A program made the position numbers and the translations under genes. Below are positions 61,620 through 64,000 of a DNA stretch of 64,000 bases, one piece after another; positions within the stretch are counted from its first letter, which is position 1, and each line of letters opens with the position of its first letter. The notes under the pieces were generated by a model. It was not told where the DNA came from and searched no databases. It saw only the letters and a list, made by a program, of their open reading frames with translations. This DNA is from Octopus sinensis (taxonomy: Eukaryota), in the NCBI RefSeq assembly GCF_006345805.1, contig NC_043020.1, positions 12,710,001 through 12,774,000 on the forward strand, given 5' to 3'.

Positions 61620-62149
61620 AAATGTAAAGACAATTTTGTTTATAGAATGAGAAAAGGAGGGAAGAATTAAACTCACTAAAGTGTTTCCATTGTTGTTAAT
61701 TTGTTTGTTTTCGTGTCTTCTGTCTCTCTGGTGCCATTAATCTTCACTTCCAATCATTTCTGTATTCTTTATCCGTTTATCATTCTCTTCATTAATCATC
61801 ATTAATTGTTGTGTCGCCAAAGACTGGAGTCTAAGATCTGCTACTACATTCCCTCCACAGAACTAGTTCTCATTCTTTTTTTTTTTTTCTTTTTATTTGT
61901 CTGTTACTTTTGCAAAAAAAAAAAAAATAATAATTTGTTGCTGCTGACCTCTGCCTTTATTGTATCTTACAGAAATCTTTAAATTTTAAAGTACCATCAA
62001 CAGCCTCCCCTAGTCTGAAGATGGGCTCTGCTGCATACAAACTACCTTTACCAGTAGCTGCCAAATCTCGACTTGACCGGTCTTGGAGTGAATCTGTGAA
62101 ATCTGAAAGGATTACTGATTTGTCTGTTCAAGAAATTAAGCGCCAAGAG
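8793..62149 (+). CDS. NET1: NET1/ARHGEF3-family Rho guanine nucleotide exchange factor, N-terminal part; join(8793..8880,19625..19690,44234..44326,61973..62149); gene continues beyond the window
   Basis: Four AG/GT-bounded exons splice in one frame: [30 protein letters not shown]|[22 protein letters not shown]|[31 protein letters not shown]|KSLNFKV...[25 protein letters not shown]. This matches, from memory, vertebrate NET1/ARHGEF3 motifs KRKRREKDDDVVSLSSLD, NKRVRPLARVTSLANLISP and LWSE...EIKRQE (start of the DH domain). Confidence 0.92.
8970..9380. mobile_element. MITE with ~28-bp TIRs (GATCTTTTCGGTTTGAGCGGCAGTTTTT)
   Basis: The right end AAAAACTGCCGTTCAAACCGAAAAGATC is the inverted left end; second copy at 15444-16036. 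Confidence 0.85.
9509..9886 (+). mobile_element. tRNA-Arg-derived SINE family D, near full length
   Basis: tRNA-like head plus a body shared with 14421-14804 and 60402-60783. Confidence 0.85.
10119..10566 (-). mobile_element. CR1-clade LINE 3' end with internal deletion and (ATT)n tail
   Basis: [30 protein letters not shown] motif. The segment HLFD...VVD present in the 22305 copy is missing at a TTGA microhomology. Confidence 0.85.
10690..10909. mobile_element. TTAA-flanked MITE family P2 (piggyBac-type ends)
   Basis: TTAA on both sides; ends (C)CCTTTCGTTACC / GGTAACAAAAGGG. Confidence 0.85.
10920..11365 (-). mobile_element. RTE 3' UTR copy with internal tandem repeats
   Basis: (CAT)n tail at left; repeated TTTTACGTGC...GGCTGGCAACGG units. 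Confidence 0.8.
11450..12060 (+). mobile_element. Degenerate RTE LINE fragment (Cys-rich insert) and 3' UTR
   Basis: Reads [13 protein letters not shown]...CKLWTH, the Cys-rich segment of RTE ORFs; ends in an (ATG)n tail near 12050. Confidence 0.65.
12447..13970 (+). mobile_element. SINE family B head plus eight tandem ~184-bp 3' units, inserted in an old RTE ORF remnant (12330-14210)
   Basis: GGTAT unit boundaries at 12494, 12678, 12862, 13046, 13228, 13413, 13598, 13782 and 13966. The flanks join to give an RTE WYGH motif. Confidence 0.9.
14421..14804 (-). mobile_element. tRNA-Arg-derived SINE family D, full length
   Basis: Reverse complement of the 9509 copy with an intact head. Confidence 0.88.
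14950..15300 (-). mobile_element. RTE 3' UTR copy
   Basis: Family C motifs and (CAT)n tail; very similar to 28895-29190. Confidence 0.8.
15444..16036. mobile_element. GATC-ended MITE with extended ~73-bp TIRs, interrupted by a TTAA MITE
   Basis: Homologous to 8970-9380; nested element at 15575-15794. Confidence 0.8.
15575..15794. mobile_element. TTAA-flanked MITE family P1
   Basis: The single TTAA of the uninterrupted 8970 copy (TTTCTTAAACGAGGG) is duplicated on both sides; CCCTTTAG termini. Confidence 0.9.
16724..16942. mobile_element. TTAA-flanked MITE family P1
   Basis: TTAA on both sides; CCCTTTAG...CTAAAGGG. Confidence 0.88.
17050..17750 (+). mobile_element. RTE LINE 3' end (ORF end + 3' UTR + tail), with partial tandem duplication
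   Basis: LGLTEEMT motif at ~17218 continues without a break into family C sequence and an (ATG)n tail. Confidence 0.75.
18087..18456 (-). mobile_element. Second CR1-clade LINE 3' end with (AACT)n tail, inserted into an RTE 3' UTR copy
   Basis: [12 protein letters not shown]...LRGHSEKL...[13 protein letters not shown]; the host sequence GGCATCCAG / TAGAAACACTGCC resumes on either side. Confidence 0.85.
18600..18925 (-). pseudogene. Tigger/pogo transposase C-terminal remnant
   Basis: [14 protein letters not shown]...[40 protein letters not shown] resembles Tigger-type transposase tails ending in K-rich QxxITxF. Confidence 0.7.
18957..19355 (+). mobile_element. Non-autonomous Helitron
   Basis: 5' TC, 3' CTAG preceded by a GC-rich hairpin (GAGCAACGCCGGG), inserted between A and T with no TSD; paralog at 59518-59905. 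Confidence 0.85.
19432..19537 (-). mobile_element. mariner 5' TIR + leader fragment
   Basis: Reverse complement of TATTGGGTTGTCCGGAAAGTT...; same family as 62683-63689. Confidence 0.8.
19625..19690 (+). CDS. NET1: NET1/ARHGEF3-like coding exon (66 nt) carrying the basic NLS-like KRKRKK
   Basis: TTTTCAG acceptor, AAG|GTTTGT donor; [22 protein letters not shown] resembles NET1 KRKRREKDDDVVSLSSLDLK. Confidence 0.9.
20325..21705. mobile_element. Old hAT-like MITE (GGTTCTCAA / GGAACCACTG ends) with nested elements
   Basis: Body is homologous to 37905-38835 and partially to 23175-23270; interrupted by a pogo MITE and RTE UTR copies. Confidence 0.55.
20594..21115. mobile_element. TA-flanked pogo/Tc1-type MITE
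   Basis: TIR CCGTAAATCCTCGAGTAT / ATACTCGAGGATTTACTG with TA duplication. Confidence 0.85.
22305..22592 (-). mobile_element. CR1-clade LINE 3' end, same family as 10119
   Basis: [17 protein letters not shown]...[13 protein letters not shown] and an (ATT)n tail. Confidence 0.85.
23270..23655 (-). mobile_element. SINE family A
   Basis: Head, central microsatellite and tail all present. Confidence 0.85.
24363..25021. mobile_element. TTAA MITE family P2 interrupted by SINE A
   Basis: TTAA on both sides; the body resumes after the SINE. Confidence 0.85.
24458..24885 (+). mobile_element. SINE family A, full length (tRNA head, CORE-like CCTTGGGCAAGT segment)
   Basis: A box TGGCTGTGTGG, B box GGTTCAGTCC; target duplication AAACCT at 24452-24457 and 24886-24891. 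Confidence 0.9.
26635..26985. repeat. ~24-bp minisatellite (CACTACCGCCTCCACAGACACGCA) mixed with (CA)n
   Basis: Directly visible tandem units. Confidence 0.85.
27446..27775. mobile_element. TTAA MITE family P1 with ~100-bp internal insertion
   Basis: TTAA-CCCTTTAG ... CTAAAGGG-TTAA. Confidence 0.75.
27835..28055 (+). mobile_element. SINE family B, full length
   Basis: GCTGGCAGAAACGTTAGC head, GAGTTCAAATTCC-like B box, AAAGAAATA end. Confidence 0.88.
28356..28574. mobile_element. TTAA MITE family P1
   Basis: TTAA on both sides, TIRs present. Confidence 0.88.
28895..29534 (-). mobile_element. Two adjacent RTE 3' UTR copies; the second is fused to a 130-bp segment also present at 17876-18010
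   Basis: Family C motifs; GACCATGTTTTGGTCTTAGTAAATCTCTTCA is shared in inverted orientation. Confidence 0.75.
30262..30888 (+). mobile_element. Penelope-like short element with inverted terminal copies and an internal hammerhead
   Basis: 30262-30361 inverts 30789-30888; 30364-30412 inverts 30504-30552; 29654-29895 inverts 30552-30789. Confidence 0.7.
30413..30477 (+). ncRNA. Minimal type I hammerhead ribozyme
   Basis: Stem I AACTACA/TGTAGTT (7 bp); core CTGAAGA (30420-30426); stem II GAGAA/TTCTC; GAAA (30461-30464); palindromic stem III ACGCGT; GUA triplet ending at 30470. Confidence 0.85.
30890..31450. mobile_element. RTE 3' UTR copy (+, 30890-31050) and SINE family A (-, 31075-31450)
   Basis: Family motifs. 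Confidence 0.8.
31690..31990 (-). pseudogene. Possible Penelope-like GIY-YIG endonuclease remnant
   Basis: Frameshifted reading CHSKQCQLQ ... [21 protein letters not shown] ... RKRDSIIFK resembles CxxC-YIG..R..H..HF..E..I of PLE endonucleases; lies next to a (TA)n tract. Confidence 0.4.
32569..32618 (-). ncRNA. Degenerate type I hammerhead-like fold
   Basis: Minus strand: GACATCC-CTGATGA-GATCCCAATAAAGGTT-GAAA-ATCGAT-TTA-GGATGTT; 7-bp stem I, palindromic stem III, weak stem II. Confidence 0.55.
32900..33117 (-). mobile_element. Helitron-like 5' end fragment
   Basis: The minus strand begins A|TCTATTATATAAAATCCGTTCTG followed by a (TG)n tract; no 3' CTAG found. Confidence 0.45.
33650..34050 (-). 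mobile_element. SINE family A with long (CA)n
   Basis: Family motifs. Confidence 0.85.
36018..36608. mobile_element. Two adjacent TTAA MITEs (P1 with internal ~125-bp tandem duplication, then P2) sharing one TTAA
   Basis: ...CTAAAGGG-TTAA-CCCTTTTTGATACC at 36383-36386. Confidence 0.8.
36862..37105. repeat. Array of six ~35-bp palindromic units (GGAGTACAC-N9-19-GTGTACTCC)
   Basis: Unit starts at about 36886, 36930, 36967, 37002, 37037 and 37071. Confidence 0.8.
37115..37310 (-). mobile_element. LINE 3' end (CR1/L2 group) with (ATGAA)n tail sharing the SINE A terminus
   Basis: Minus strand [23 protein letters not shown] then GGTGCCCCAGCATGGCCACA...CTGAAAC. Confidence 0.55.
37615..37850 (+). 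mobile_element. SINE family B
   Basis: Family motifs; carries a short templated insert. Confidence 0.88.
40200..40915. mobile_element. Cluster of SINE family B copies (two on -, one on + at 40680-40915)
   Basis: Family motifs. Confidence 0.8.
42655..43680 (-). mobile_element. Three successive SINE family A copies of different ages
   Basis: Family motifs at about 42655-43060, 43120-43320 and 43330-43680. Confidence 0.75.
44234..44326 (+). CDS. NET1: NET1/ARHGEF3-like coding exon (93 nt)
   Basis: TTTCAG acceptor, CAG|GTGAGC donor; contains [11 protein letters not shown], resembling the RVTSLANLISP family motif. Confidence 0.93.
44655..45052 (-). mobile_element. SINE family A, full length
   Basis: Family motifs with intact head. 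Confidence 0.88.
45553..45771. mobile_element. TTAA-type MITE family P2
   Basis: TIRs present; the left target site reads TTAG. Confidence 0.8.
46175..46500 (-). mobile_element. Penelope-like terminal repeat fragment inserted in the central microsatellite of a SINE A copy
   Basis: The SINE A (+) body stops at (TA)n ~46175 and resumes after (TG)n ~46620; the insert contains a hammerhead-like motif. Confidence 0.6.
46273..46310 (-). ncRNA. Variant minimal hammerhead-like fold
   Basis: Minus strand TCTTT-CTGTTGA-A-GAGC-GTAG-GCTC-GAA-ACGT-T-AAAGA; the core differs from CUGANGA at A6. Confidence 0.45.
47195..47615 (-). mobile_element. SINE family B dimer (head + two 3' units)
   Basis: The junction reads AAAGAAATAGGTATTT on the minus strand, as in the 12447 array. 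Confidence 0.85.
49206..49480 (+). pseudogene. Tc1/mariner-superfamily transposase N-terminal HTH remnant
   Basis: [43 protein letters not shown], an HTH-like pattern. Confidence 0.55.
50035..50800 (+). mobile_element. Two SINE family A copies
   Basis: Full copy 50035-50480, deleted copy 50500-50800. Confidence 0.85.
50850..54440. promoter_or_regulatory. Transposon-free, simple-repeat-rich island with CpG-retaining cores (~51700-52100, 53380-53560); candidate internal promoter
   Basis: No recognisable SINE/LINE/MITE over ~3.6 kb in a window otherwise interrupted roughly every kb; about 13 CpG in 53380-53550; TGAGTCA at ~51775. Confidence 0.45.
54140..55805. repeat. Near-perfect ~820-bp tandem duplication containing a SINE B copy in (TCTA)n-type repeats
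   Basis: CTACACACAG at 54481 and 55301; identical ORF-track hits are offset by 820. Confidence 0.9.
57813..58180. mobile_element. Head-to-head pair of RTE 3' UTR copies
   Basis: GCATGGGTTGGACGG at 57813 is inverted at 58149-58163; central hairpin GAGGCTGGCAA/TTGCCAGCCTC. Confidence 0.8.
58182..58940 (+). mobile_element. RTE LINE 3' end (ORF C-terminus, 3' UTR, (ATG)n tail)
   Basis: WMCNVSV...[14 protein letters not shown]...[27 protein letters not shown] (one frameshift) runs into family C sequence. Confidence 0.88.
58980..59200 (+). mobile_element. SINE family B
   Basis: Family motifs. Confidence 0.88.
59293..59486. mobile_element. mariner-type MITE
   Basis: GGGTACTGGAAAGTTCCTGGCTTT ... 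AAAGCCAGGAAATTTTCATCACCC inverted ends. Confidence 0.55.
59518..59905 (-). mobile_element. Non-autonomous Helitron, paralog of 18957-19355
   Basis: TC...CTAG ends on the minus strand, A|T target, no TSD. Confidence 0.85.
59976..60289 (-). mobile_element. tRNA-Arg-derived SINE, tail variant 3
   Basis: TSD CCTTGGAGTCTTG on both sides; head related to family D, different body and tail. Confidence 0.85.
60402..60783 (-). mobile_element. tRNA-Arg-derived SINE family D, full length
   Basis: 13-bp TSD CATTCAAGCATAG at 60389-60401 and 60784-60796. Confidence 0.9.
60985..61390 (-). mobile_element. SINE family A, full length
   Basis: Family motifs. Confidence 0.88.
61973..62149 (+). CDS. NET1: NET1/ARHGEF3-like coding exon (177 nt) ending at the start of the DH domain
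   Basis: Branch-like CTGAC at 61944-61948, TTACAG acceptor, GAG|GTAATC donor; 59 codons ending [23 protein letters not shown]. Confidence 0.93.
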
Positions 62150-62191
62150 GTAATCTTCCTGACTACTATTTTTGCCTTTTGTTTATTTTAA

Positions 62192-62411
62192 CCCTTTAGT
62201 GTTTAAACTGGCCATATCTGGCCCAAATATTCTACATGTTTTATATTCAAACTGGCGATATCCAGCCTCTTACATCTAACCTACATTAACATTCTAAAAA
62301 TAGACAATCACATCATTGAAACCTCAAAGATCTAAGATAATGCTTGATTAATTCAAAACAATTTGAGTGAAAAAGTATTACATTTAACAGAGTAATCTGA
62401 ACACCAAAGGG
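62192..62411. mobile_element. TTAA MITE family P1
   Basis: TTAA on both sides. Confidence 0.88.
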
Positions 62412-62682
62412 TTAAACCATTTATTGAATTTAGTGCATAATGAGGAGATTGTTGTTATTTGTTCCGGGTGCTCAGGTAATTTCACTTTTTACTTTCTACC
62501 CTCACCTTCTACCCTACCTCCTCTCTAACCATTCCTACTCCATTCACCACCATATTTGGTAGTTATTTACTGTTTATTTATTAATAATGGCTATGCTCTT
62601 CTTCCTTTCATCTCTGCTTGTAGCTCCGTATTTTCAACAGGTCGGATCTTTGTCTGATCGTTTTAATGAACATTGATGTAAA

Positions 62683-62861
62683 TATTTAGTTGTCTGGAAA
62701 GTTCGTGCCGATTTATTGTAGCTTACCTTTCGACTTATTTTAGAACATGGTCGAGTCCATAAAATAGGATTTGACTACACCTCCAAGGTGCCGCGCAGTG
62801 GGACTGAACCTGGAGCCATGTGGTTTGTAAGCAAGCTACTTACCACACAGCCACTCCGGCA

Positions 62862-62904
<43 letters not shown>

Positions 62905-63689
62905 TATATATTATATATATATATTGAAAGAAAGAAAATGGAGAATTATGGATGAATAAATAATTTATTTGTATGATATAAAGATGTTGAAATTCTTTTA
63001 TAAAAACAATACGAATAAATTATGAGTTGTAAGGCTCTGAAAGAAAGGTAAAATGCCAAAAAACCACATATATGTTTTGATTCATTTTCTCCTTATATGA
63101 TAGTAATTAACCAATGGAATGTTTTGGATTATTTAATCCCTAATGTGGAACTAACATCCTCGAATTGACTATATTTATAGTAGCTTACCTTTCGACTTAT
63201 TTTAGAACATGGTTGAGTCCATAAAATAGGATTTTATGAACAGTTTAAGCTATCTTTTCGTGGAAGAAGGTTTATGTTCCTGTAACCTATGTTAATTCTG
63301 TAACCCTTTAAAATGGAAGATAAGAAAGTTCATTTTCGGCACTTCATGCTTTGGGAACAAGACAAAAATTGCTGCAGCTCGGCTGGGATGTGTTACCCCA
63401 CCCTCCATATTCACCAGATATTGCTCCTTCGGATTTCCACTTATTCAGGTCTCTGCAGAATGGTAAAAATTTCAATTCTTTGGATGACATAAAAAGATAC
63501 CTTGATGAATTCTTTGCCATGAAACCACCTCAGTTCTGGGAAGAGGGTATTTTCAAGTTAAAGGAAAGATGGAGATGCATTGTGCAACAAAATGGTTCAT
63601 ATTTGGTTGATTAAAAATGTAATGGCAAGTATTTATTGACCTTTTTCTTTCCTTTGAAAATCGGCACGAACTTTCCGGACAACCCAATA
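62683..63689 (+). mobile_element. Internally deleted mariner element
   Basis: TIRs at 62683 (degenerate) and 63657-63689. MEDKKVHFRHFMLWE (ATG 63313) is fused out of frame to TRQKLLQLGWDVLPHPPYSPDIAPSDFHLFRSL...; the HPPYSPD motif is diagnostic. Confidence 0.9.
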
Positions 63690-63696
63690 TTTTTAA

Positions 63697-63917
63697 CCCT
63701 TTAGTGTTCAGATTAATCTGTTAAATGTAATACTTTTTTCACTCAAATTATTTTCAATTAATCATACATTATCTTACAGCTTTGAAATTTCAATGGTGTG
63801 ATAGTTTATTCTTAGAATGTCAATGTAGGTTAGGTGTGAGAGGCTAAATATGGCCAGTTTGAATGTAAAACATGTAGAATATTTGGGCCGGATATGGCCG
63901 GCTTAAACACCAAAGGG
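63697..63917. mobile_element. TTAA MITE family P1
   Basis: TTAA on both sides. Confidence 0.88.
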
Positions 63918-64000
63918 TTAAATGAAAATTTTACCCCACCAAAAAAAAAAAAATAATAAAAAGTAAAAATAATAAACGTAAACTAAGAACATGTTTTATT

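Noticed and set aside
63140-63175. CTAATGTGGAACTAACATCCTCGAAT as a decayed hammerhead
   Set aside because: Several core mismatches and no stem I or III; cannot be told from chance.

Overview
AT-rich, microsatellite- and retroposon-dense animal genomic DNA. The repeat families point to a coleoid cephalopod, most likely Octopus (inference). The only host gene I can support is the 5' part of a NET1/ARHGEF3-type RhoGEF on the + strand: four well-supported coding exons (8793-8880, 19625-19690, 44234-44326, 61973-62149) plus a candidate first coding exon (1714-1733). The DH-PH domains must lie beyond the window. Everything else is intron, filled with several tRNA-derived SINE families, 5'-truncated RTE and CR1 LINE ends, TTAA-, TA- and hAT-type MITEs, two non-autonomous Helitrons, mariner/Tc1/Tigger relics, minisatellites and simple repeats. 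Almost all long ORFs in the supplied track are microsatellite or repeat artefacts. The most unusual signal is a set of four unrelated type I hammerhead-ribozyme folds (7109-7159 +, 30413-30477 +, 32569-32618 -, 46273-46310 -). They sit in short Penelope-like elements next to TA-rich simple repeats, and two of them carry inverted copies of their own ends; one caps a ~150-bp interrupted hairpin. Also notable are a transposon-free, CpG-retaining island with a candidate internal first exon that would give an NLS-less RhoGEF, an 8-unit SINE tandem array, and an array of ~35-bp palindromic units. All coordinates and alignments were made by eye; repeat boundaries are approximate.
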